DNA of 64,000 bases from the NCBI GenBank assembly GCA_964016885.1, contig OZ024744.1, positions 84,010,001 through 84,074,000 on the forward strand. Reading direction: 5' to 3'. How positions within the stretch are numbered: the stretch's first letter is position 1; each line of letters opens with the position of its first letter. This DNA comes from Eledone cirrhosa. Lineage: Eukaryota. Shown here one piece after another: positions 50,101 through 63,000 of this stretch. The notes under the pieces are model-generated. The model searched no databases and was not told the DNA's origin. It saw nothing but the letters and a program-made list of their open reading frames with translations. The position numbers and the translations under genes were made by a program.

Positions 50101-52240
50101 CCCAAATGTGCTAATGTGGTCTTGGACAAATCGCATAGGGCCATCCAGATCATATCTTGATAGAGTATTTTGTAGAGAAATAGATAAATCTAGCATAGGC
50201 TGTCCACAATTCAAGATAGTCAGCTACACGGACCACAAATTCGTGATCTGTGTGCTTGACTTATATAGGGTTCATCGACGAGGACCCGGCTACTGGAAGC
50301 TAAACGCTTACTTACTAGCGCGCAAAGCATACAGAGACCGGATTAGCGAACTAGTTAAGCGGCCGTTGACGGGGGCCATCGTCAAAAACAAGTGGTGGTT
50401 TGCTCTGAAAAGAGCGATTAGAATAGAATCCATTAGGTTTAGTAAGGCTTTAGCAATAGAGAAAAATAGAGCAGAGGGAAAATTAGTTAGAAAGTTAGAC
50501 GAGGCGCTTAGCAAAGTCATCGCGACCGACGTACTTGGGGCGAAATTGGCCCTTGACCAATTCTTCAATGCAAAGCACGAAGGCTGCATTGTCAGAGCTA
50601 GGGTGCGTGCTCTCAGACACGAGGGGACGAAGCCGTTCAAATGGCCCGAGTGGCGGAGGCGCGTCGTGGCAACAAAGCCATGATCCGGTATTTGGTGGAC
50701 CACGACGGGCGCATGCTACTCAATCCCGGGCAAATGTGTGAAGCTTTTCAGCGACACTTCGCTCAGTTGTTCGGGGACAGCGGCGGACCGGGTCGAGGGA
50801 TGGACTTTAGTGTCTACCTCGAAGGACTGCCGCGGCTCTCGGCCACTGAGGCGGAGTGTTGCGAAAAGCCGATAACAACAGCTGAAATACGGGAGGCGAT
50901 GATTGGCTGCACAAGGGGTAAATCGCCTGGTTTGGATGGTCTGCCCTAGGGAATCTACGTACAGATGCCAGACTTGGTCGGAGGCCTCTTGGCGGACGTC
51001 TACTGCAACTGGCAACCGAACGGGAGAATTCCCAGCTCTGTGAGCCGAGGAGCCGTGGCGTTGCTGAGAAAGAATCCGAACAAGGGGGATAACTTAGATA
51101 AATTCAGGCCCATTACTCTGCTAAACACAGAGTTCAAAACTTTGGCCAAGGTGCTAGCAAAGAGGTTAGCGCTGGTCGTTGGTGGTCTGGTGGGAGAGGC
51201 GCAGACATGCGCCATTTCCGACAGATCCATCCCCGTTATCCCCCACCTCATGCGATACATCGTGGAGAGGGTAGCTAGGGAACCTGGCACGGGTGGGTCC
51301 TTGATTAATTTAGATCAGTCGAAAGCTTTCGATAGGGTTGACCATCGTTATCTGGCGGCAGTCCTGAGGGCGGCTGGCTTTGGGCCCGTCTTCAGAGGCT
51401 GGATCGCTGCCATCCACAGCGACATCTGCTCCGTGGTGAGAGTGAACGGTCACCTTTCGGAACCGTTCAACATCATGCGCTCTGTCCGCCAAGGATGTCC
51501 CCTCTCGTCCCTCTTGTACGTATTGACTCTCGAGCCATTACTGCACAAACTGGAGATGTTGAGGGGCGTCCGGCGCGAACCAGGATGCGGAAGATCCGTG
51601 TCAGCATATGCGGACGATATCACCGTAGTGGTGTCGAACGCCAACACATTGAGGCGATCGGCACTACATTAAGAGAATATGAAGCGGTCACAGGAGCAAT
51701 GATCAACCAGGAAAATTCGGTGGGCTTGCAGCTCGGCACCTGGAGAGGCAGGTCCATGCCATCCAACAGCGTCGTTGGGCACTGGACGGACCGGTTAAAT
51801 TGCTAGGAATCTGGTTCGGTACGGATCTCCTGTGGGACAAAAACTGGGACGAGGTGACGAGCAGGGTGGCTTCTCTCACCCAGAAATGGGCAAAGAGGAA
51901 GCTATCCCTGAAAGGTCGAGCGGAGGTGGCTAACGTGTACATCGCGTGTGACATCTACTACCGCCTTACCGTCGTGCCCTGTCCTAAGCTTCGCCTTTGC
52001 TCTTTCGCTTTTTGTGGAAGGGGCGCACTCTGATGGTCAGACGGTCCAACTGCTATCAACACCCACTACATGGAGGGCTGGGGTGCCGTGGCTGATGATG
52101 CGCAGACACGCGCTCAGGCTACGGTATCTCCACGTCTTCCTCGACGGTGATCAAGTGTGGTCACCATTTGCTAGACACGTCTTTCCCCAGCTAGTCTCCT
52201 TGACGGAGCTGCAGTCCTCGGTCAAGCGAAGACCGAGAGG
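47172..52240 (+). mobile_element. Tx1 LINE copy D, 3'-truncated by the next Tx1
   Basis: ORF1 from 47388 (FPPLP, LSFA, EGRRPRCVVCGEGTHLR) to TAA at 49519-49521; ORF2 from the ATG at 49556 (MTSHRIGSINARG), AVYAP, GDWN, SYLDRVF, YTDHK, FRPITLLN, VRQGCPLS, AYADD. Confidence 0.93.
49073..49253 (+). mobile_element. tRNA-derived SINE inserted in Tx1 ORF1
   Basis: Full box A/B and core; absent from the homologous position of copy F (~61175). Confidence 0.9.
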
Positions 52241-52617
52241 GAGAAAAGATGTCTCTCTCCGTCCCTTCTCTAAATGTGGTGTCGCCTCTTTTGCAAGCGA
52301 CGCCATTAAAGGAAAAGAAAAATGTAGTTTCTCGTAGCGTTCTTCATCAAGAGACCGCGCGTACCGTGGAACATTTCTCGACGACGACGACAGCGACGAA
52401 AGATGTGTGCGGTAAATACGGAAAGCCATTTCATTCGTCTGACGTCATGAAGAATAGCAGCAGCAGCCGTAATAACAGCAGCAGCAGCAACAGTGGCGAG
52501 GAAAATACTAGTAGCAGCCGCAACAACATCAGCTGCAGCATAAACAACAACAGCAGCAGCAACCGCAACAACAGCAGCAGCAGCAACAGCAACAACAACA
52601 ACAACACCAACAGCAGC

Positions 52618-52678
<61 letters not shown>

Positions 52679-52695
52679 GCAGCAGCAGCAGCAGC

Positions 52696-52741
<46 letters not shown>

Positions 52742-55700
52742 ACAACAAAGAAAAACCAATCTCGTTTGCAGGTGTCGCAAAGAACCTGGAAACCATCCTT
52801 ATAACAAATGATGAATTACAGGAAGCAAGGAAGATGGTGATGAAAACTGGACAGCGAGAAATCTGCAAGTCAGCGGAAGAATTTCTCGAAACCCAACAGC
52901 ACTGTACGGTCACGTACAGTACAGTAAGCACAAAATCACATAGGGTTGAAAGAGCCTCAGAGGCTGCGTCTGTCCGCGTCTGTCCTCGTCGGAATCGAGC
53001 ACAAAACAACTGTACTGAAAGTACAGAAAAAAGTACGACAAGATTGGATCGGCGCCTCCATTGAGATGTTAATTCAAACCAACCAGGAGTGCATCGAAGC
53101 TAGCACGGATGTGATAGACTTCGATAACGTCACTCAACTTCCCATAAGTGTTGAGGGCAAACGCCCGAAATGCTTTCGCTGTGGATCGAAGACTCACCTC
53201 AGGGCCTTCTGCAACGAGAAGACCCTGAGAAAGAAGAAAACCCCCCTCCTTCCGAAACCGGCTCCTCTTCTACCAGCAACAGGACAGGCGGCAAGCAGGA
53301 ATGATAGGTCCGTGCCACCCATACCCACGCCACGGAAATCAAGAACAGCAGCAGCAGTGGAAGTATTAACAACAACAACAGTAATACCAAATGAAGCTGC
53401 AACAGAGACTCCACTGCAAACATCACCAACAACAAGTGAAAGAGTGGAGCTGGTACCCCTCCCCGACCTCACAGAATCGGACATGGAGTGTGAGGTGGGA
53501 GAGAGACGGCAAAAGGTCGCAAGAAGGCACAAACGCAGAAGCAGCGCATCGTCGCCTTCGGAAGAAATGAAAAAAGGGTTAAGGTTACTGCAAAGAGACT
53601 TACAGCAGCAACACCACCAACACCATCAAAACCCACACTAGCACTACCATCACCACCGGCGGCAACCCCACCGCCAGCAACACCACCAGAAGCACCAACA
53701 TCACAAACACAACAACAAAACACGCACACACAGCAACAACGACAAGAAAATAGCAGAACCACACCCCACCCCCAGAAAAAGAAATGCACAGCAATAAATA
53801 CACACAACAAGAAACTAATGACTTACATAATTGAACACAGACATTTCACAACACGACTACATAATACCAGCACCAATCAAAACACCAACGAACATAAGAG
53901 TGGTAAGAATTTCACAGAAATATTACACAAACATTAAAATGAAATTCCCCAACGCAGTTGGTGATTTCAGAGACCTAGGAGGGACACTCAACCGAAGAGT
54001 ATACTCGGATATACTCACAGAAGAGCCGACGACCAGCCGAGGGGACGGTTCAACGGTCCCTTCACCAGACGATCAAGGTAAGTAATCCTTTCTCACTTGC
54101 CCCGTTCCTCACCCAACATGGCCGTATTCAGGATCGGAAGTGTAAACGTGCGTGGCTTGAGCTCGGTTTGGAAGCAGGGTCACTTGCTTAACGAGCAGAT
54201 CACTAAACATAGATGTGGTGGCCCTCAACGAGATGATAATTTCCGAAACGCAAGCTTTCGCACCGATTTTTGACGGTTACGAGGTGTACGCATCTCTGAG
54301 CCATCCGGTAGGGGGGGGGGGGTTCGGAAAGGGTTGGGTCTCGCCATACGGACCATTTTCCTGGACCCAGAACGTAAGGCGGTGGTGCTGGACGTGAACG
54401 GCACCGAAGGCAACGATTTCAGGCTAGTAGCCGTCAATGCCACGGCAGGGGCAGGACGGCCAGATTTCTTCAGATGTCTAGAGACCTTTCTGGGAACGTC
54501 CCGCCCTTTAGTGTTAGTGGGCGACTGGAACGGTATCTTGGATGCACGTTGGGATTACGTGGGGTTAGTGGATAGGGGAGGAGGTGCAAGAACTTCACCA
54601 ACCTGCTCAGACGGTTTGAACTCTCTGACAGTTATCGACTGGATCACCCGAATGTGCCAATGTGGACATGGACAAACCGCATCGAGTCATACAAATCGTA
54701 TCTAGATAGGGTATTCTGCAGGGAACTAGATAAGGCTAGTATAGGTTGTCCACAATTTAAAATAGTCGACTACACGTACACCAATTTGTGATCTGTGAGA
54801 TCGACATAGACAGACTTCATAGACAAGGACCCGGTTACTGAGAGCTGAACGCGTCTTTCACGGCGCGCAAAGCCTACAGAGACTGGATTAGCGTATTAGT
54901 TAAGCGGGTGTTGACGGGAGCGGTCGTCAAAAACAGGTGGTGGTTTGCTCTGAAAAGGGAAATTAAGTAGAGTCGATTATTTTAGAGGAAAATAGAGTAG
55001 AGGGAGAGCTAGTGAGAAAGCTAGAAGAGGCGTTTAGGACAGGCATCGCAACCGACTTGCTTGCGGCGAGATTGGCACTCGGCCAATTCTTCAACGCAAA
55101 ACACGAATGCTGCGTTGTCAGAGCTAGAGCGCGTGCTCTGAAACACGAGGGGATGAAAGCCGTCCAATGGACCCGGGTGGCAGAGGCGTGACGTGGCAAA
55201 AAAGCCACAATTATGTCTTGGTCTGACCAAAACGGGCGCCATTTGCTCGAACACGAGCAGATGTGTGAGTCTCTTCAGCAGCACTTTGCTGAACTGTTCG
55301 GGAACGGCGGCGGGCCGGGTCTGAGTATGGACTTCAGTGCATACCTCGACTGACTTCCTCGGCTCTCGACGACCGCAGCACAGTGTTGCGAAAAGCCACT
55401 AACAGCCGGTGAAATACGGGAAGCGATGGCTAACAGCACGAGGGGTAAATCGCCGGGTTTGGATGGTCTGCCCTACGAGCTTATGCATTTATGCCAGACT
55501 TGTTCGGTGACCTCTTGGCAGACGTATACTGCAACTGGCAGCAGAACGGGAGCATTCCCAGTTTTGTGAGCCGGGGAACGATGGCGCTGCTGAGAAAAGA
55601 CCCGAACAAGGGGAATGTTATCGATAACTTCAGGCCCATAACTCTGCTAAACGCAGAGTTCAAAATTTTGACCAAGGTGTTAGCGACAAGGTTGCCACTT

Positions 55701-57404
55701 GTCGTCGAGGATCTAGTGGGAGAGACGCAGACATGCGCCATTCCGGACAGATCGATACACGACAACCTCCACCTCATGCGATACATCGTAGAGAGGGTAG
55801 TTAAGGAACCTGGCACGGTTGAGGCCCTGATTAACTTGGATCAACCATCGGTACCTGGCGGCGGTCCTCGAGGCAGCCGGTTTTGGGCACGTTTTCAGGG
55901 GTTGGATCGGTGCGATGTACAGCGACATCTGCTCCGTTGTGAGGGTAAACGGTCACCTGTCGCAGCCGTTCAGCATCATGCGCTCGGTCCACCAGGGTTT
56001 TCCCCTCTCGTCCCATTTGTACGTATTGGCTCTCGAGCCGTTACTGCACAAACTGGGGGCGATGAGAGGCGTCCCACACGAATAAGGATGCGGGAAATCC
56101 GAGTCAGCTTACGCCGACGACTACAGCGTTGTGGTGTCGAGCACCAGACACGTCCAGATGCTCGGCCCCGCTCTCAAGGAATACGAAGCGGTGACAGGGG
56201 CAAAGATAAACCAAGAAAAGTCGGTGGGCTTGCAGCTCGGCACCTGGAGAGGCAAGCCCATGCCGTTCGACAGTATCGTGGGGCATTGGACGGAGGGACC
56301 GGTTAAATTGCTCGGGGTCTGGTTCAGACCGGACCTCCAAATGGAGAAAAACTAGAGCGAGATGACGAGCAGGTGGCCTCCCTCGCCCAGAAATGGACCG
56401 AGAGGAAGCTTTCCCTGAAAGGCCCGGCGGAGGTGGCGAATGCGTACATCGCATCCGTCATCTGCTACAGCCTCACCGTCGTTCTCTCACCGTTCGTCTC
56501 CTTGGCGGAGCTGCAGTCCTGGGTCAGGAAAAGACCGACGGATAGCGCTTGGAAACTGGAATGGCTCCAGGTGCTCACCGTTCTCTGCCAGCTGGGCACC
56601 TGTATCGGTGGAACATCCACCTCGGCGTTCTATAGAGGACTATTAGAGGGGAAGAGCGACGATGTTCTTGGAGAGATCCTGGGCGTCGAAGAAGATCAGC
56701 TGTTTGCTCTCTTCCGGAGAACTTTCAGCCCAGGGCCTATGGATAACTTCCAGAAATCCCTAGCCTGGCAGTGCTACCGGGGAGCGTTGCCGGTTCGAGA
56801 TAAGCTCTACAGACACGGAAGTGCCGTCAGCCGAGCCTGTCCGAAATGCGTGCAGAGCGACGAAACCGTTGTGCACGCACTCGTTCAGTGCCCGAGGATT
56901 GCTGACTTGTGGAGCTCTGTCGAACAGTTGCTGTCGCGTGTAGGACTGATCTGGTTATCGACTGAGTCCATTGTGCAGATTGTCTCGCCGTCTTCCTTCG
57001 AGGAAGAAGGGCATACGGTTTTCATCTGCCTGGTGTCCATGGCGAAAGAGATTGTGTGGCGGACAAGGTTGAAAAGGTTAAAGACAGACACTTTCCTCTT
57101 AGGCGAATCCCTGATTAACTTTGTCAAGTTTCACTTGAAGAGGAAAATCAGGGTGGAGAGGCAAGTGCTGCTTTCTAGCAAGTTTGTTGAAAGGTGGGTG
57201 AATGTAGTGAGAATGGTCCGAGTAAACGGGACCGCTCTGAATATACGCTTGTAGTTTGAGGAATGAAAAAATTGAGAGAGGGCGCTTGCCCTGGTGGTCA
57301 GGGTGGCCGTGGTCTTTTGTGTGGTTTTCGCCAGAAGTAAGCCTCGGAGGTTTCCCCACTATTGGGAAATTTTTCATTGTTTTAATTTTCATTTTTATTG
57401 TTTA
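52241..57404 (+). mobile_element. Tx1 LINE copy E, 3' UTR cut by a Helitron-like insertion
   Basis: ORF1 has poly-N/S, ISFA and EGKRPKCFRCGSKTHLRAFC, stop at 54083-54085; ORF2 runs from the ATG at 54118 (MAVFRIGSVNVRG) to TAG at 57254 with RT and CPKC...ETVVHALVQC motifs. Confidence 0.93.
52454..52748. repeat. (AGC)n/(AAC)n trinucleotide expansion within Tx1 ORF1
   Basis: Directly visible; encodes poly-Ser/Asn. Confidence 0.9.
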
Positions 57405-57915
57405 TCTACTTATATATATAACCAGCAATTTCTCTGTCTGTCTGTCCGACAGTGGAAACACGTGCGTAGAGAGAGAGTGAGAGTGAAAGAAAGAGAGACT
57501 ACAAGAGGGGGATAGCGGGAGGGAGAGAGGGAGAGAGTGAATAGACGCTAAAACACGTGCTACAGAAACATTACCTTCCCCTCTCCACTAACTTTGGTCA
57601 CTGAGTCCGAGGGAATCGCGCTCATTGCGTCATAATGACGTAATGCAGACAGACAGACATACAGACAGATATTATAAGGGCGCAACGTTATATCTATGTA
57701 TCTATCTAAAAAGAAAGACTAAGAATTATATAGAGAGAACGCTAAATCGCCTAATGCGGTCCCTAGGGCATTGAAAATTTGAAATAATTTTTGCTCAAAA
57801 TACTCACAGGACCATAAGTATTACATGTCTAAAGTTTGAAAACAATCGGTTGGATAGGTCTCAAGTTTTAGTGAGCTGACAGACAGACAGACATTCTCTG
57901 TTTTAGGTATATAGA
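57405..57915. mobile_element. Cluster of short Helitron-like pieces in both orientations
   Basis: A|TC start followed by TA run and (GTCT)n at 57405; (GACA)n...tatataga opposite-strand 5' ends at ~57645-57680 and ~57878-57915. Confidence 0.5.
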
Positions 57916-58145
57916 CTAGCAGAAAACAGCCCACGTGTGGTTTTCTGCTAGTCTCTCTATATATAAAACGGTAGATGTCTGTCTGTGTGTGTGTATGATT
58001 TTTATGCATTTCGACATTTCTCTACCGATTTTGATGATTTTTGTTCCAATGTGCTCCAAATTTACCAGGACAGCTCAACACTTGATTATTTTTGCTAAAC
58101 ATTTCTTGCTTCTATGAAAATAAATCGATAAAACTAAATACATGC

Positions 58146-58840
58146 TGTAATCCTCTCTCTTACACGCTTCATTTCTCTCACTACCCTCAATCTCCTCCGC
58201 AACTCTCTTTAAAATGTTACTGCCTCCGTCTCTGAAGGAAAGCGACACAAACTTTGATAACCCTCTCCCTTACACGCTTCATTCCTCTCACTACCCTCAA
58301 TCTCTTCCGCAACTCTCTTTAAAATGTTACTGCCTCCGTCTTTGAAGGAAAGCGACACAAACTTTGATAACCCTCTCTCTTACACGCTTCATTCCTCTCA
58401 CTACCCTCAATCTCCTCTACAACTTTCTTTAAAAGGTTACTGCTTCCGTCTCCATTACAGTTGAGGTACACACTTACATTTTACATCAAATAACAAATAT
58501 TCAAAAGCAAATGATGAATTATAAAACAACAAACGTAACAATAACGACCTTTCTATAATTTAACTGCTTTACTCTCTCTGTCCCTCTTCACTCCCTATAT
58601 GACAACACTGCAGAAAGAGAAACAATGTATATGAACAAATGGAGCATTCCGTATATTCCCCCTCTCTATAATTTAACTGCTTTACTCACTCTGTCGCTCT
58701 TCACTCCCTATATGACAACACTGCAGAGAGAGAAACAGTGTGTATGATCAAATGGACCGTTCCGTATATTCCCTCTCTCTATAATTTAACTGCTTTACTC
58801 TCTCTGTCACTCTTCACTCCCTATATGACAACACTGCAGT
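58146..58840. repeat. Two minisatellite arrays: ~120-bp x2.5 (58146-58452) and ~113-bp x2.7 (58550-58840)
   Basis: ttacacgcttcatt.ctctcactaccctcaatctc occurs three times; tctataatttaactgctttactc...ctatatgacaacactgcag occurs three times. Confidence 0.9.
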
Positions 58841-58909
58841 GGAGCGTTCAGTATTGAGCGTTCCGTATTCATATATAGCTTATCTGGGGCATTTTCAATC
58901 GGCTTATTG

Positions 58910-60053
58910 CAAATAACAACCCGCAAAATAACACTTCATATAACAGATTAATGCTATAGACATATGAATCGGAATGTAACTCGTGAACTTTTTCCTGGGC
59001 AAAATTATTCGAACAGACATGACCTCATTGCCAGAGTGTTCAGACTGAAACTGGCTAAACTCATGGCTTTAATCAAAAAGGTCAGGTATTTGGGGCTGTA
59101 AAATGTGACATGTTCACCGTCGAATGGCAAAAGCGAGGGCTGCCACATGCTCACATTTTGATTTGGTTAGCTGATAAAATCAATTCAAATGCCATAGACA
59201 GCTTCATTTCGGCTGAAATCCCTATCCCAGCAACTGACCAGGAATTACATGACATGGTCAAAGCTAACATGGTCCGTGTGCGTCGGGTCCTAATGAGCAT
59301 CACACGTGTCTGAAAGGGCGGTCGTGCAGTAAGGGATACCCCAAAACATTTGTTGACGAGACTCGGACTGGTGGCGATGGGTACCCCCTGTACAGGCGGA
59401 GAAGGTCCGAGAACGGTGGCTAAACCACAACAGTAAAGGGAGGTCAAGTCGACAATAGATTGGTGGTCCCTTACTGCCACCTTCTCTTGAAGATGTTCAA
59501 CGCCCACATCAACGTTGAGTTTTGCAACTCCGTCTAGTCTATAAAATACATATGCAAATATGTAAATAAGGGCTCTGATGACATCACAGAATACCTGGCG
59601 GGGCGGTACATCAGTAGCAATGAAGCTTTTTGGTGCCTATTTGGTTTCCCCCTACACCAACGGCACCCCGCCATCGTACAGCTTGCGGTACATTTGGAAA
59701 ATGGGCAAAGGACTTACTTCACGGACCAAACCACCGCCAAGCTAGCCGCCGATCCGAAAGAGACCACTCTGACAGGTTTCTTCAAACTTTGCCAGTTCAA
59801 TAGATTTGCGCAAACAATTGTATACTCCCAGGTTACATCCTACTTTCTATGGCCAAAAAACACTTATGTGCGAAGAAAGTCAGGTCAGGCTGTTGAAAGA
59901 CATCCTTGTGTAAAATTTGACAGCTGTCTTGGAAGAGTTTACACTGTGCCCCCAAGTCAGCATGAGTGCTTTCATCTCCGCCTTCTTCTGCATGAAGTTG
60001 TAGGCCCACAAAGTTTTCAGGACCTCCAAATTGTTGATGGAGAAATATGTGAT
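58910..60053 (+). pseudogene. Helitron Rep (HUH rolling-circle initiator) remnant; helicase absent
   Basis: RHDLIARVF, VEWQKRGLPHAHILIW (HUH), ISAEIP, DGYPLYRRR, VDNR.VVPY, AHINVE, IKYICKYVNKG.D, GRYISSNEA, HLENGQ, LGRVYTV, LRLLL, GPQSFQDL. Confidence 0.92.
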
Positions 60054-63000
60054 AATATTGGGGCCTTGAGCCCAAAATTTAAACTTTATATTTATCAAAC
60101 AAAAAATTTCTTAGAAAAATAAAACATGGACGACATTCAGCTACCAAAATCTGCTGACAGCTTTCCTAACAGACTAACATTCCCCCCCCCCCCCCCAACC
60201 ACCACCACCACCACCACCACCACCATTGTAAACCTTGCTACGGTTGCCAAAACTGAAAATATAAGTAATAGCAGTGGCAATTATTTAGATTTGTCACATG
60301 CAGACATGAATTTCCCGCCATTACCAATGTCTATATGTGTTAAATTCACCCCCCCCCCCACCACAATGTCAAAAAGAACAACCAACACCACTGATACCAC
60401 TACCACAACCACCATCACCACTGAAACTAAAAATAAAAATAACAAAAATAACAATAACAACAACAGCAACAACAATAAGAATAACAACAACAACATCAAC
60501 ATCAGCGCAAGACCAAATGTGTCGTTTGCTAAAGCGGTAAACAAAAATGAAACGGTTGAGATAAGACAGGAAGTATTGAATGAAGCCAAGCGAGTGGTAA
60601 AAAAATATGTTTACAGGGTCACACCAATGACTCAACCATCAAAACCAGCAGCAGAAATGGCAGCAACAACTGTAGCAGCAACAACAGAAGCAACTGTAGC
60701 AGCAACAACCCCAGCAACAGTAGCAAAACCAACACCACCACCACCCACCACGCCAGAATTAGCACCAGTGCCTCCACTACCCTCCACGCCACAACCAAAA
60801 CCAACGCCTATGGAGGAATTTCTACTCTCCAAGCTATCGCAACTGGAGCAAATTGTGACAACGAGGAGTGGCAAACTGTATCTGGAAAAAAGAAAAAAAA
60901 GAAACCAAAAAAGAAAAAAATTATCTTCCTTCGCCCTCCAAAAACAAAATGCAGAGCGAAACAAACAAACAAACTAACAAAGATGTTAAGACAGCTATGT
61001 CACCACCCACACCAGCATAACCAGCCCTATCACCACAAACACCAACACCATCACCATCATTAACCCCAACACCATCATCCCCAACACCACAAAAATCATC
61101 AAAAAGCGAAACAGAAACAAACCCACAACAAACGCAAACAAAACAACCAATACACCCTACACAGCATTAAATTTAATCAACAAACAATTATTACACTACA
61201 TCCAACACAACACCAGCATCACAGAAAAAGACTACACAACACCCAGAAAATTCACACAACCCACACATACAAATCACTCGCATCACACAGAAAACATACG
61301 CGACACTAAAAATAAAATTTCCCAAGGACATCGGAGACTTCCGACAAACACTTTCCAGGAAAATTTATGAAGATATCCTTCCTTCACAAGCAATGAGAAG
61401 GAAGGAAAAACGATCCTTCCTCTACGAGAAGTGAGGTAAGTGGTCTTTCCCATCTTTTTCCACTCCTTTTCAACATGACCTTACTCAGAATAGGCAGCAT
61501 AAATGCGCGTGGTATGGAGTCGTCATGGAAGCAGAGCCACCTGCTCAACGACCTCAGGTCACTAAACATAGATGTGGTGGCCATCATCGAGACCAGACTC
61601 TCTGAAGCAAGAGCCTTCGCACCGATCTTCGGCGGCTACGATGTATACGTATCTCCCAGACGTCCAGAATCGGGGGGAGGAGTTGCTGTGCTATTTCGGA
61701 GAGGCTCCAATCTCGCCAAACGGGCAATCTTCCTGGACCCAGAAGGTAAGTTGGTGGTGCTGGACGTGACCAGCGGAGACGGGCAAGCTTTCTTCCGGCG
61801 TCTGGGGAACTTTCTTGGAAAGTTCCACTCTTTAGTGTTAGTGGGCGACTAGAACGGGATCTTAGATGCACGCTGGGAGTGTTTGGGATTAGCGGATAGG
61901 GGAGGAGGGTGTAAAAGCCTCGCAAACCTGCTCGGGCAGTTCAATGTCTGACAGTTACCGTCTGGATTTCCCGAATGTGCCAAAGTAGACATGGACAAGC
62001 CGTATCGGGTCATCCAGCTCTTATCTAGATAGACTATTTTGTAGGGAAATAGATAATTCCAGCATAAACTGTCCACAATACAAAATAGTAGACTACATGG
62101 ATCATAAATTCGTGATCTGTTGACTTAGATAGGCTTCATAGACAGGAACCCGGCTACTGGAAGCTAAACGCGTCATTAACAGCGCGCAAAACCTACAGAG
62201 ACCGGATTAGCGAACTGGTTAAGCGGGTGTTGACGGGGTCCATCGTCAACAACAAATGGTGGTTTGCTCTGAAAAGAGCGATTAGAATAGAGTCCATTAG
62301 GTTTAGTAAAGTTTTAGCAATAGAGAAAAATAGAGCAGAGGGAGAATTAGTTAGAAAATTAGATGAGGCGCTTAGTAAATGTATCGCGATGGACGTACTT
62401 GCGGCGAAATTGGCCCTTGACGAATTCTTCAATGCAAAGCACGAAGGCTGCGTTGTCAGAGCTAAGGTGCGTGCTCTCACACAAGGGGACGAAAGCCGTT
62501 TAATGGGCCCGAGTGGCGGAGGCCCATCGTTTCAACAAAGCCACGATCCGGTCTTTGGTGGACTACGACGGGCGCATGCTACTCGATCCCGGGCAAATAT
62601 GTGAAGCTATTCAGCGACACTTCACACAGCTGTACGGGGGCATCGGCGGGCCGGCCCGAGTGATGGACATTAGTGCCTACCTCGACGGACTGCCGCGGCT
62701 CTCAGCCACTGAGGCAGATTGTTGCGAAAAGCCGATAACAGCCGCTGAAGTACGGGAAGCAATGACTGGCTGCACAAAGGGTAAATCGTCTGGTTTGGAT
62801 GGTCTGCCCTACGAACTTTACGTACACATGCCAGACTTGTTCGAAGGCCTCTTGGCGGACGTCTACTGCAACTGGCAAACGAACGGGAGAATTCCCAGCT
62901 CTGTGAGCCGAGGAGCGGTGGCCCAGCTGAGAAAGGACCGGAACAAGAAGGATAATAGATAAGTTCAGGTCCATAACTCTGCTAAATACAGAGTTCAAGA

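Larger units (their letters stand above)
57952..60053 (+). mobile_element. Decayed Helitron (5' end, internal minisatellites, Rep domain), truncated by Tx1 copy F
   Basis: 5' tc...tatatataaaacggtagatgtctgtctg; Rep coding remnants downstream. Confidence 0.85.

Noticed and set aside
58146-58840. Regularly spaced repeats resembling a CRISPR array (also 40386-40442 and the clustered SINE cores)
   Set aside because: The units are tandem with no unique spacers, there are no cas genes, and the context is eukaryotic; they are minisatellites or SINE copies.
60610-60640. ORF1 deletion in copy F as a spliced-out intron (D has gg|gtcagt and cccag| near the breakpoints)
   Set aside because: F retains gtca and the nucleotides matching the acceptor side, so the junction is not a precise GT-AG removal.
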